64,000 nucleotides of DNA, from the IMG/VR virus record IMGVR_UViG_3300044728_000147, positions 352-64,351 of that record. One strand, 5' to 3'. This stretch comes from a virus. Below, piece after piece: positions 34,917-44,729 of the stretch (the first letter of the stretch is position 1; each line of letters opens with the position of its first letter). Position numbers and translations under genes: made by a program. The notes beneath the pieces are model-generated. The model was not told where the DNA came from and ran no database searches. It was given only the letters and a program-made list of their open reading frames with translations.

Positions 34917-35422
34917 TACTCACCGACCCCAATCCGTTTGATACTCTCGCTCAGAGATACCTACAACTGATCAAGGAAATGATCAACAACGCCGGGTTGA
35001 GTGTCCCAACAGAAAACGGTGTCGTTATGGTACGCCCTGCCGAAGACTGCTGCCCGGACCTGAAGCTCTGGGTCGACAACATCCGCCCGTTCGACATTGC
35101 CTTCCCCAACACTCTCAATGAGAATCGAATCCTCACGCACTTCGCCATCGCCTTCGATTTGAACGTTAGATTCGGTATGTGCTACATAGAGAGCGATAAG
35201 GACGGCGAAGCGATGGACATTAAAACGCTCGTGGATTGGACCACGCAGATAGAGGCCTACATCAACCCTGTGTACACCTTCCCCATTTTCGAAATAGCTC
35301 GTGGATGTGTAGAGGAATTTGGTGTTGTAGGCCAGACGTTCCTGCCCTCCAACATGACTGGCTACAACCTCGGAGGTTGCGCTGGATTCGAGTACTTGAT
35401 CACCTTTGGCCTCTTCACTTAA
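34904..35422 (+). CDS. Tail terminator-like protein
   Basis: P..DCC..L.V, GGCAG; position. Confidence 0.6.
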   Translation: MAQVVLTDPNPFDTLAQRYLQLIKEMINNAGLSVPTENGVVMVRPAEDCCPDLKLWVDNIRPFDIAFPNTLNENRILTHFAIAFDLNVRFGMCYIESDKDGEAMDIKTLVDWTTQIEAYINPVYTFPIFEIARGCVEEFGVVGQTFLPSNMTGYNLGGCAGFEYLITFGLFT

Positions 35423-35576
35423 GATCCACGCCGGTATTACGGCCCTCGGCGTGAGCGCTGGAGAACAAGTCGAGATCGAGGACACCCCGGCTGTCCGCAA
35501 GCTGCTCAAGCACGGTCTATGGACGGAGCTACGCTTGGTAGATGGCAGTCGGTCGCACGTTTCCGAACGAGATTGA
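35406..35576 (+). CDS. Small hypothetical protein (ASSLKIHAG...)
   Basis: TTG-start ORF filling the gap between 35422 and 35542. Confidence 0.35.
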   Translation: MASSLKIHAGITALGVSAGEQVEIEDTPAVRKLLKHGLWTELRLVDGSRSHVSERD

Positions 35577-35979
35577 TCGACTGTTCACGGCTCCCGGTGG
35601 TGATCTCGGGCGCGAGGCCAGACGTATCGCCTTAGAGGTAGCTACGGTAGCATCCGAGGACGAAGCCCGCAGGCCGCACCATCCAGCCGACAAGCCGAAG
35701 ACAGGTCGGTTAGCTCGTAGCTACCAGGTCAAAGTCGAAGGCCGCAGCACCACTTTCTCCGTCAGTAACCGTGCGCCATACGCCGCTGACATCGAGTTCG
35801 GTACCCGTCCTCACCGGATTCGAGCGCGTCGGGTATCCACCCTGCGATTTCGTGGAAGAGACGGCCGCTGGCGCAATATCCAAATCGTAAAGCATCCCGG
35901 AAACCCCGCCTATAGGGTACTTGAACAAGCGGCATTGAAGGTTGTGGCTAGAAACTATGGCGGCGTACGGATTATCTGA
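35542..35979 (+). CDS. HK97 gp10-like neck/tail completion protein
   Basis: KTGRLARS, APYA..IEFGT.PH.I, V.HPG. Confidence 0.8.
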   Translation: MAVGRTFPNEIDRLFTAPGGDLGREARRIALEVATVASEDEARRPHHPADKPKTGRLARSYQVKVEGRSTTFSVSNRAPYAADIEFGTRPHRIRARRVSTLRFRGRDGRWRNIQIVKHPGNPAYRVLEQAALKVVARNYGGVRII

Positions 35980-36002
35980 TCGAGACTAGACTTTAGAAGG
36001 TA

Positions 36003-39000
36003 ATGCCTCGTAACATCGTCGGTGAAATCTTCCTTAACGTACTCCCGCAGGACGGTGGCGTCAACGCAGGCGTTCAGAAGATCATCCAGCAGGCGAACAC
36101 CACGGCCGGTGCCAAGGTCCCCGTCGCCGCCGACACTCGCCAAGCCGAAGAGTCCGTTGCCCGCCTCACCGGCTCAGTTCAGGACGGTCTAGGAGGTGCT
36201 TTCGCTCAGGCCGCTATCCAGGCCGCTGGGTTTACTGCCGCTATCCTGGGCACTAAAGCTGCTGTCGAGGGCGTAATTGGCAAGTTCTCCGGGCTGTTCG
36301 ACCAGTTGGCCCAGGCTCAGGCTGGATTCTCGGCCATTCTAGGTAGCAAGCAGGCCGGTGGCGCACTTCTCGATGAAATTCGGGAATTCGCCAGAGTCTC
36401 GCCGTTCGTAACGCAAGAGCTTGTCAACTACTCTCAGCAGCTACTAGGTGTGGGTCAGTCGGCCGAATCAATTGTTCCGCTCCTGAAGAACACCGGTGAT
36501 TTAATTGCGTCCGTAGGTGGCGACACACAGAACATAAGCAGGGTGCTCTTCACCTTGACCCAGATCCGCTCCATCGGCCGTTTGGTTGGTCAGGACGCCA
36601 TTCAGCTACAGTCCTCGCTAGTACCAATCACGAAGCTACTCGCTGACTTCCTCGGAAAGACGACTCAGGAAATCAAGAAAATGCAGGAGCAGGGCAGTAT
36701 CTCGGCCGATACCGTCTTCGCTGCCATCAACAACGCTGGTAGCAAGGTTGAGGGCGCTATGAACAACGCAACCCGTAACATTGCTGGTGCCCGCGCCGTA
36801 CTCTCCGACACAGTCACCATTCTGTTCCAGAATTCAGAGGCGCTTCAAGAGATATTTGAGGACATATTCAAAGGAATCCTGTCGTTCTCAGAGGCCCTCA
36901 GCGATGAAGACTTCCTAAGCACTTTCAACAGGGTCACCGAAGGAATAGGGGGTATTTATGACGCCTTGAAGCCGGTATTCGAGGGGTTCAGTGGTGCTGC
37001 GGCTACCGGTGCCGTATCTGGACTCAAGATATTCGCCTCCACGTTGGAGGCCCTCGGTGGTGCCCTTAACGCTATTCCAGAAGCGGGATTGAAAGCCATC
37101 GGAGTGTTCTTCGCTGCTCTGGCTGCTTTGAAGGCACCGCTATTCCTCATCCAATACGTAAGCAGCATACGAACCTTGGGAACTGTCATTTCTCCACAGG
37201 GCCTAGGTAGATCCGTCACGTCCCTCACTACAAATCTCAAGACACAAGAAGTCCAAATGGAGCAGACGGCCTTGGCCGCTCAGAAGTTGGGGACCCGATA
37301 CGAGCAGATGGGGCTTAAGGCCAAGACCGCTGCTACCGCCGCAGCCAGTGCTGCCCTGATCGGAGGCACAGTACTGAGTGGTTCCGATAGTGAGGGCGCA
37401 AAGCTTCTCGGAGGAGCACTCACGGGTGCCGCTCTAGGGGCCTCAGTTACCGGTTTCAACCCAGCCGGAATTATCGCGGGGGCTGGAATTGGATTTGTTA
37501 CGTCCTTCCTTACCGCTGCTAACGATGAGGTTGAAGATAAGAAGGAAGAATTGGCGCAAATTGGAGACACCATGGCTCGCAGAATTCTCTCTGGGTTTAT
37601 TCTCTCCGAGCCTCTAGGTCTATCAACTCAACGCGGTGTTGATATCTTGTTTGGATCCACGGGTGACATCGCTGATGTTGAACAAGAAATAGTGGCACTA
37701 ACGGGTGAAGCAGAAAAGCTCCACGACACTCTAGCCTTGCTACTTCCGCCGAGCGGCGGTGACAATTCCTATGCGACGTACTACGAGGGAGTAGCAAAGC
37801 AAGTTGAGGCTACTGATAGAAAGCTGGCAGAGTTGAAAGCCACTCAGACGGCGTTGTTCGAACAGCCAGGAATAGTCGAGTTCCTGGATTCGGCGGCGGC
37901 CAAGCTAGCGGCTCTGAACAAGATCAAGCCAATTGACCCAGCACTGTTTGATCCTACGGGAGGTCGCCGCCCCGGAACAGACGCTATCACGATCGCATCC
38001 AAGCAACTAGCGTTCGTAACGGGACAAGCTATACCCAAGACAACAGCCGAAATAGCCCTGTGGGAAGAGGGGCTGGGCAAGCTGGGCCTTACCGCTGCGG
38101 ACACCGGTAAAACGGTTGAAGTCTTGACCATAATGCTTGACACTACACTTCCGTCTGCTCTGAGAAACACCAGAACAGAAATGGAGGCCACAAGACTCAA
38201 GATGGACGAGGCTGGAAAGGCTGCTACTGAATTCTTCGCCCCCTTCAAGTTGGAATTGGACACCATAAAGACGGCTACGGAGCAGACGAAGAAGTTGAAC
38301 GATGCGTTCGACGCTGTAGCTGCACAGGGATCTGGTGCCGCTGAAGCTCAGGCTCTTACCGCCGAACTATTCGCTTCCGCTACCTCAATATTCAAGTTGA
38401 CTCAGGCTGCTCCTGGTGGGGATGCCATAAAGGCTGCGGCGGCTTCTACAGAATTCTTCACCTCAGCCTTCGTTGAGCTACGAGGGATTCTTGGTGGAAC
38501 CGAAGCAGACTTTGAAGATTTCCTAAGGACCGCTGGGCTATGGCGTCAGTACCAAGCTACGGCTGGTACTCAGGCTGGATTTATTGGCACACTCAAGGAA
38601 CTGTCAACACAGACTGGAGTAAATGAGGAAGAGCTTCAGCATCTTCTTGGATTGGCAAACGACTTTGACAAGACCATCACCCTTATTGTGGATGCTGACG
38701 TTACAGATGCCATAGCGAAGCTAGAGCAGCTTCAGCTTATACTGGCCAGGGGGGCACTGCCGGGTGGTGGCCCATTGTCCACTGGGGAACGTGAAAGGCT
38801 TGAAGCTCAAATAGCTGAGCTTGAGAAGACAATCGATATCCTCAAGGGGGGAGTCAGGGGTGTCGGTGGCGAAGTGGCTGGAAGAACACCAGCAGAACTA
38901 GCGAAATTGGCGCAGGATCAAAAAGACCTATTCCGCCAGCAGCGAGAAGCCTCTCTTGTAATTCCGCGTCAGCAAAGAGAACTCGCCCTACAGGCAGAGC

Positions 39001-39662
39001 GAGATGCTGAGGCAGCGCGAAAGGAAGCCGAACGACTAGCAGAAGAGGCCGCACGTGAAGCCGAGCAGCGAGCAAGAGAAGCCGAGGCCCTAGCCAAGAC
39101 TATTGAAAGTGCAGGTGACACAATCACAAACGCTATCCAAAGCGCTGCCGACGCCATTAAGTCGGCCGCAGACGGCTGGGAGGCATCAATCAGGGAAAGA
39201 ACACAATTTGAGCGGGCACTGTCTGCTGAACGATTGATCACGAACACTGGGCGGCAGGTAGCCGACATCACCGAGCTTGGTACCGGGATTCAGTCGCTAC
39301 TCAACCGAGGCCTCAGCCAGGACGCCATCGACGCCATAGGTATCGACAACGTAGCAGATCTACGCCAGGTCCGCAAGCTGCTGCTATCTGACCCGGCCGA
39401 CCTGGCCCAGCTTTCCTCTCTCGTGGCCCAAAGGGACGACGCTTCCGAGAAGATTGCCGAGAGGGCCGCTCAGGAGCAGACCAAGAACACTATGGTCACG
39501 GCCATCGTTGAGGCCGCTCGAATTCTCGGCTTCGAAGTCAGTGACGCAACGGCCGTTTCGATCGCTGCTCAGTTCAATGTAAATCAGGACACCGATGCCG
39601 CTCAATTCGGTCAGCAGATTCTTGACTTCCTCATGGCCTCGGGACAAATAGCTAGAACGTGA
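36003..39662 (+). CDS. Tape measure protein
   Basis: 1219 aa helical; FARVSPF...L, GD..A..G, QI.S.GRL...D..QL tape-measure domain. Confidence 0.92.
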   Translation: MPRNIVGEIFLNVLPQDGGVNAGVQKIIQQANTTAGAKVPVAADTRQAEESVARLTGSVQDGLGGAFAQAAIQAAGFTAAILGTKAAVEGVIGKFSGLFDQLAQAQAGFSAILGSKQAGGALLDEIREFARVSPFVTQELVNYSQQLLGVGQSAESIVPLLKNTGDLIASVGGDTQNISRVLFTLTQIRSIGRLVGQDAIQLQSSLVPITKLLADFLGKTTQEIKKMQEQGSISADTVFAAINNAGSKVEGAMNNATRNIAGARAVLSDTVTILFQNSEALQEIFEDIFKGILSFSEALSDEDFLSTFNRVTEGIGGIYDALKPVFEGFSGAAATGAVSGLKIFASTLEALGGALNAIPEAGLKAIGVFFAALAALKAPLFLIQYVSSIRTLGTVISPQGLGRSVTSLTTNLKTQEVQMEQTALAAQKLGTRYEQMGLKAKTAATAAASAALIGGTVLSGSDSEGAKLLGGALTGAALGASVTGFNPAGIIAGAGIGFVTSFLTAANDEVEDKKEELAQIGDTMARRILSGFILSEPLGLSTQRGVDILFGSTGDIADVEQEIVALTGEAEKLHDTLALLLPPSGGDNSYATYYEGVAKQVEATDRKLAELKATQTALFEQPGIVEFLDSAAAKLAALNKIKPIDPALFDPTGGRRPGTDAITIASKQLAFVTGQAIPKTTAEIALWEEGLGKLGLTAADTGKTVEVLTIMLDTTLPSALRNTRTEMEATRLKMDEAGKAATEFFAPFKLELDTIKTATEQTKKLNDAFDAVAAQGSGAAEAQALTAELFASATSIFKLTQAAPGGDAIKAAAASTEFFTSAFVELRGILGGTEADFEDFLRTAGLWRQYQATAGTQAGFIGTLKELSTQTGVNEEELQHLLGLANDFDKTITLIVDADVTDAIAKLEQLQLILARGALPGGGPLSTGERERLEAQIAELEKTIDILKGGVRGVGGEVAGRTPAELAKLAQDQKDLFRQQREASLVIPRQQRELALQAERDAEAARKEAERLAEEAAREAEQRAREAEALAKTIESAGDTITNAIQSAADAIKSAADGWEASIRERTQFERALSAERLITNTGRQVADITELGTGIQSLLNRGLSQDAIDAIGIDNVADLRQVRKLLLSDPADLAQLSSLVAQRDDASEKIAERAAQEQTKNTMVTAIVEAARILGFEVSDATAVSIAAQFNVNQDTDAAQFGQQILDFLMASGQIART

Positions 39663-39679
39663 GTTAGAGTTATAGCAGA

Positions 39680-40030
39680 ATGGCTACACCACCAAAGGAA
39701 GCAACAGTACCCGTAGAAGAGTCTCTGGCTGAAGTCGCCCTCAAGCGCAACCTGAGCCACCTGCTCATCTCCAATAGCACGAAGAAGGCTCCTGAGTTCA
39801 CGTTAGGGGATACCAAGTTCCACTTCAAGCCAAAGGCTCCGGTAACGGCACTAGCCTTGTTGATCAGCGAGGACAATCGTGTCAAGGGCCTACAGGGATA
39901 CATCAATCTCTGTCTGATACCGGAAGATCGAGAAGACTTTGCAGTAATACAGGATGACCTTGATTTGGACGGCCTCAACGAGATCATCAATGCCCTGAGC
40001 GAGGTCTATTCGACCCTCCCTACCGAGTAG
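39680..40030 (+). CDS. Tail assembly chaperone (gpG-like)
   Basis: Acidic helical protein ending ..Y.TLPT; open -1 frame continues to 40353. Confidence 0.65.
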   Translation: MATPPKEATVPVEESLAEVALKRNLSHLLISNSTKKAPEFTLGDTKFHFKPKAPVTALALLISEDNRVKGLQGYINLCLIPEDREDFAVIQDDLDLDGLNEIINALSEVYSTLPTE

Positions 40031-40353
40031 CCGAACGTCTGTTCGGCTACGGCCTCACGATCTGGCAAGAACTGAAGGGCGAGTACTTCGGTAAGACTGG
40101 TCTCGATCTCGGTGAGGCGGATATGGGCTGCGTGCTAGCCTACATCTACTCGTACACGATCAACTCCCCAGAATTCAGGCCTAAGCTCCGAAAGAGTCTG
40201 GATGACATCATTTGGGATCGCGTCGTACTGGACGAGTTCGGCCTGGACACCAGGGACTTCAGTCAGCAAGCGTCCTCAATGCTCGACCAGCTTGACTCGT
40301 TCCACAACGAATTATTTCAATCAAAGCCGGAAGAACACCGTACTGTAGACTAG
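40018..40353 (+). CDS. Tail assembly chaperone frameshift extension (gpT-like)
   Basis: -1 frame PYRVAERLFGY...W.ELKG...GLD is open well upstream of ATG 40123. Confidence 0.55.
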   Translation, partial: PYRVAERLFGYGLTIWQELKGEYFGKTGLDLGEADMGCVLAYIYSYTINSPEFRPKLRKSLDDIIWDRVVLDEFGLDTRDFSQQASSMLDQLDSFHNELFQSKPEEHRTVD

Positions 40354-40358
40354 GAACT

Positions 40359-41066
40359 GTGTTCTTCCCCTACGTTCAATACACCTGTGACACTGGTGCT
40401 CAATTCGTAATCAATTCTGCCGCTACCGCCGCCTACGTTTCCGCTCAATGCGAAATTTGTGCTGATGAACTGATTAGAGGAACAGTTGTCATGGACTGCG
40501 ATTGCGATCCGCTCTATTGGGATGCTGGCACGGCCGTTCCCGTAACATACTCCACACCTAGCGGAGACGGCGCTCTCTGGTACAACAGTGGAATCTCCGA
40601 ATCGCACACGTTCCTCGGGTATCACGTGCAGAACGTTACTCGGCCGAACCAAATGGCCAGAACTGTGACTCAACGACTTGGGCGATCCGGTGGGGGTGTC
40701 CTAGGCCCCCTCAATCGCGGTGTCGTCCGACTCGACTTCTCGGTGCTGCTCTTTGCTTGCGACGAGCCGGGCATGGAGTACGGGTTCCGGTTCCTGGCGA
40801 ACCGTTTGTCGTGCGTTCAGACAGTGGGGGACGGCAGCACCGAGTGCAGTCGTGGCACCCTGATCTATCGAGACACTTGCCAGGATCTCCCCCTAGTCCC
40901 TACGTCTCCGATGCTGGTCAAGGGTCTATGGACCGTAGACGATGCTGTCCTCGTGACTGGACCAGTTTGGGCCGACGATCCAATTGCAGGAATGAGGAAG
41001 CACGTTAGAAGAGTAGACTTCAGTATGGCCGGGGAAGTCGTAATCCCGGTTGCGTGGACCCCCTAA
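40359..41066 (+). CDS. Minor tail protein (Dit-like), paralog A
   Basis: INSA.TAAYV..QC.IC, WY.....S..FLG, LLFACDE..MEYG. Confidence 0.7.
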   Translation: MFFPYVQYTCDTGAQFVINSAATAAYVSAQCEICADELIRGTVVMDCDCDPLYWDAGTAVPVTYSTPSGDGALWYNSGISESHTFLGYHVQNVTRPNQMARTVTQRLGRSGGGVLGPLNRGVVRLDFSVLLFACDEPGMEYGFRFLANRLSCVQTVGDGSTECSRGTLIYRDTCQDLPLVPTSPMLVKGLWTVDDAVLVTGPVWADDPIAGMRKHVRRVDFSMAGEVVIPVAWTP

Positions 41067-42247
41067 TGTACTTCCCTTATTTCAAATTTGGCTGCGATCT
41101 TGAGATCAATTCAGCAAGAACAGCAGCGTACGTAACGAATCAGTGTGACATATGCGGTGAGGGGGCTGTCAAGGGGACGGTAGCCTTAGCGAGTGACTGC
41201 GATCCGCTCCTGTGGACGACTGGTAATCCACCCGTAGCTGTCACCTACACAAGTCCCACTACAGATCCAGCCCCCTGGTATGATGCTGCTGTCTCGGAGT
41301 CGGCCACTTTCCTTGGTTATCGCGTCCTGAACGTCACGAAAGCCAACCCGCTCGACCGGCCCATCGCCAGGCTGATCGCCAACGTCACGGGCACTCCTAC
41401 TGGTGGAGTTATTGCGCCGTTCAAGCCCTCGGCGCAGCGATACAACTTCGCCGTCTTATTGTTTGCCTGTGACGAGCTTTCGATGGAGTATGGATACCGA
41501 TGGCTCGAAGATCGTCTGATCAATGGATGCCCTCCAGGGGACACACCCTGCTCTATTTACGAGGTCGAATTCAGAAACACATGCCAGCATTTCACTGGGC
41601 CACCGACACAGGCTGAAAATCTCAAGGGCCGTTGGTTCCTCAAGAACTGTGGCCTAGTCGAGGGTCCAATCTGGGGCGAAGACCCGCTGCCGGGGATGCG
41701 TAAGTATGTCCGAAGAGCCGAATTCAGTATTGTCAGTGAACAGCCCTGGACCTACGGCACCCCGACTGGACTCACGAGTGAAGAGGCGTTTCCAGCCATC
41801 GCCACCGATACTTGTGGTAGTCCGACCTTTGAGGCCTTCTTCTGCCGCACAGTGCCGGTGGATTCGACCGTAATCACCAACGATACTCCTGGAGCTTTGT
41901 CGTTCCTGGTAGAGGTGCACGCTGACGACTACACAATGCAGGACGTAGTGATCAAGGTGCTTTCCGGGGCCTGCCCAGGCGGGGCCGAAGTATGGAGCCT
42001 GCACGTGGACAGAATTCCTCCAGAGAACAAATTCACCCTGGATACCTCTACGAACACGCTACTTATGACCAATAATGTTGGTGCCTCTGTTGATGGCACC
42101 CCATTCATTGATATATCGGCGGGTCCTATCTCATTTGCTGCTCTAGAGGGTCTCACTGGGTCGTATTGTGTGGTTATCGAGGCCGATGAGTGCGCTATTA
42201 GACCCGATACCTGGGCATCTATTACCCAAGTCGTCCGAGAGTTCTAG
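41054..42247 (+). CDS. Minor tail protein (Dit-like), paralog B
   Basis: Same motifs as 40359 gene plus C-terminal domain. Confidence 0.75.
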   Translation: MDPLMYFPYFKFGCDLEINSARTAAYVTNQCDICGEGAVKGTVALASDCDPLLWTTGNPPVAVTYTSPTTDPAPWYDAAVSESATFLGYRVLNVTKANPLDRPIARLIANVTGTPTGGVIAPFKPSAQRYNFAVLLFACDELSMEYGYRWLEDRLINGCPPGDTPCSIYEVEFRNTCQHFTGPPTQAENLKGRWFLKNCGLVEGPIWGEDPLPGMRKYVRRAEFSIVSEQPWTYGTPTGLTSEEAFPAIATDTCGSPTFEAFFCRTVPVDSTVITNDTPGALSFLVEVHADDYTMQDVVIKVLSGACPGGAEVWSLHVDRIPPENKFTLDTSTNTLLMTNNVGASVDGTPFIDISAGPISFAALEGLTGSYCVVIEADECAIRPDTWASITQVVREF

Positions 42248-42265
42248 TGCTAGACTAGATTCCAA

Positions 42266-42889
42266 ATGGCTTGCATAGGATGTGGACTTGATTTACTCGG
42301 AGACGGCACAGGAAGGGTAGACCTTGACCCGGTAGGTGGTCTCCAGTGCAATGGTGTCGCCGGTAGTGGAACACCGACAATCAACCGAGGACTGCGGGTG
42401 TTTGTTGCTGGTGACGCTGTTACTGACTGTGGAGGTTTCGCCGCCCACGACGCTGCCATCGACACATGCACGGCGTTGCATCGCGAGTGCGACGGTGCCA
42501 TTTGGGCTGAAAGAGCCTCTCACTTCCAGACGTTTGTAGAGACCGATACTGGTGGATCACTGACGGCTGGAAACACGGCTGGGCCAATCACAATTACCTA
42601 TGACAACACGAATGGCTGTGATGACTTAGCTATCATGGCCGCTCTAGAGTTTCAATTTACTTCGGCCGGTGCGTTCACGGGTACCCTTCAGGTAGACCTA
42701 AACGGTGGCGGGTACGCTGTAATCTATACACTCTCGTACCCAGCAATGTCAACTACTGTTCAGGGAGCACCGCGCCCCTTGATTATCACGCAAGGAACCT
42801 CCTACACCGAAAGCCTGAAGTACGTCTCTGCTACCGGGACACTCACGTCGTGGGGCCTTGCCATTACGGCGTGGGGTGACTACGTATGA
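42266..42889 (+). CDS. Minor tail protein
   Basis: Position; Cys/Gly-rich N-terminus, beta-rich C-terminus. Confidence 0.6.
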   Translation: MACIGCGLDLLGDGTGRVDLDPVGGLQCNGVAGSGTPTINRGLRVFVAGDAVTDCGGFAAHDAAIDTCTALHRECDGAIWAERASHFQTFVETDTGGSLTAGNTAGPITITYDNTNGCDDLAIMAALEFQFTSAGAFTGTLQVDLNGGGYAVIYTLSYPAMSTTVQGAPRPLIITQGTSYTESLKYVSATGTLTSWGLAITAWGDYV

Positions 42890-44151
42890 GCGATGTAGGC
42901 AACGGAGATTTCGGCCAGCCAGGACAGCCAACTACACCACCGGTATACGAGCCACCCTCGTATGATCCCCCCATCGAGGTTGTCGATCTCACTACGTACA
43001 CAATTCCCCGTTTGGGGTGTGGTATTTACGAAATAAGTATCGTAGGACGGGGGGACGGCACAGTACTGTGTGAACCCAGCGTCATGAAACCAATAAGCAT
43101 TTCGTTCGGGAGACGATTGAATGAGATATCTGAAGCATCAGTCACCCTTGTGTTGAAGGGATCTGACGCTGCGTGCTGCGAATGTCTATCTACTGTACGA
43201 CCTTGGCGTCATGAACTGAAGATTGTAAGAGACGGGGTAGCCGTGTGGGTAGGTCCCGTCATGGGCCTGACAATGGACCTGAACAATGGATCACTCAAGA
43301 TTTCGGCTCGCGATCTGTTCGCCAACTTCGACAAGAGACTGTTTTTCCAAAGCGCTGATTACGAGGTAGAAGAGACACCGATCACGACTGTATTCAATGA
43401 CTTGATGCAACACGGATACGCCCGTAGCAGTTGGGCGCTGACCTTCCATCAAGCTCCTGTTGCAATCCCTATCGACCAGTTCTACCCTGGATTTGATACG
43501 GACATCTGGGGAGGTCGCTATCCCGTCATCGGGGACGAGCTTCGCTCTCTCGTGGACGCTGGCGTGGACTATACCGTGGTCGGTCGGGATCTCTTCTACG
43601 GTGACGTCGAAGTCAGCTTCAGCCAGTTCTACCTGGACGAGAATGGGTCTCTCCCGACACAGAGCATACTCATGGATCAGACGTGGGCACAGATGCCAGT
43701 GATCGAGGTCGTTGGAACCTTTATGAGCAACTACACCGTAGTAGGTGGCGGCTTTACAGGATATTTCGGCTGGGCGCAAGATCAAATGTGGATTGAGGAC
43801 TTTACAGCGTCAAACCCAGATGGTGCTCTGGAGACTGTTCATATTAGCGACAGCACTGAGGACGTTTTCACCGACGAACATCCCAACCCAATCACGGCAG
43901 AGGCGCGGGCCAGGGTCCAGTTCAACAGCAACCCATACGTCAAGCTCTCTGGGGGGCAACTATCTCCAGACGCTCCGTTCGGATTTGATCTGTTGGTGCC
44001 TGGCCTGTTGGTTGGTCTCAGTGTGAGTTCAGCGTGCGTCGGTCTCGACACTCGATACCGAATCAACACCATCTCAGTAGAGATCACGGCTGAGGCCGAA
44101 TCCGTTAGTATCGAGCTAGCACCCGTAGGTAACGAGAACCTGGTCGGATGA
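42886..44151 (+). CDS. Minor tail/hub protein (Gp37/Tal-like)
   Basis: R.LNE.S.A.V, PW.HEL.I.RDG..VW.GP, L.PDAP...L.PG. Confidence 0.75.
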   Translation: MSDVGNGDFGQPGQPTTPPVYEPPSYDPPIEVVDLTTYTIPRLGCGIYEISIVGRGDGTVLCEPSVMKPISISFGRRLNEISEASVTLVLKGSDAACCECLSTVRPWRHELKIVRDGVAVWVGPVMGLTMDLNNGSLKISARDLFANFDKRLFFQSADYEVEETPITTVFNDLMQHGYARSSWALTFHQAPVAIPIDQFYPGFDTDIWGGRYPVIGDELRSLVDAGVDYTVVGRDLFYGDVEVSFSQFYLDENGSLPTQSILMDQTWAQMPVIEVVGTFMSNYTVVGGGFTGYFGWAQDQMWIEDFTASNPDGALETVHISDSTEDVFTDEHPNPITAEARARVQFNSNPYVKLSGGQLSPDAPFGFDLLVPGLLVGLSVSSACVGLDTRYRINTISVEITAEAESVSIELAPVGNENLVG

Positions 44152-44726
44152 GCTTTAGAGGTGCTCCCCTCAATGTCCTGGACTACATCCGGGGTATGGA
44201 CGAGCAACTTCGGCGCGAACGCGCCAACACCGGTACGACCCGGATCCCGTCGCAGAGGATCGGTGGGTTCATTGTTGAAATAGATAATGCCCTGGATACC
44301 CCTCGAATAAAGCTGACCGAGGTAGAGACGGGAGACATCACGTACTGCTGTACCCCAATCGGTGATGACGTTACGTGCCCAGAAATTCCCCCTTTCTCAT
44401 GGTTCGGTGTAGTATCCGGTACCGACATCTTCCCTGGCTACATGGTCCCGGCACTCATGGTCATTCAAGAGGCTGCCGTCGTACAGGAAACCGCTCAGGA
44501 CGGGTTAGCGTTCAGAGTTCTGGTAAACGGAGCCACCGCTACCGCTCTCGGTGTGGACTATGTCGTTGCGGACCCCGTGCGTGCACAAAGGTACGACCTA
44601 GGACTAATCATTGCTCAGAATGCCGATGTTACCGTCGAGATAACTGACATTGGAGGTGGAGCTTGCGAGGACTTGACTATTATTCTTCGCACCTGCCGAA
44701 CCCCCACTATTGTCTATGAGGGCTGA
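44148..44726 (+). CDS. Minor tail protein
   Basis: Position; ATGA overlap. Confidence 0.6.
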   Translation: MSFRGAPLNVLDYIRGMDEQLRRERANTGTTRIPSQRIGGFIVEIDNALDTPRIKLTEVETGDITYCCTPIGDDVTCPEIPPFSWFGVVSGTDIFPGYMVPALMVIQEAAVVQETAQDGLAFRVLVNGATATALGVDYVVADPVRAQRYDLGLIIAQNADVTVEITDIGGGACEDLTIILRTCRTPTIVYEG

Positions 44727-44729
44727 GTT

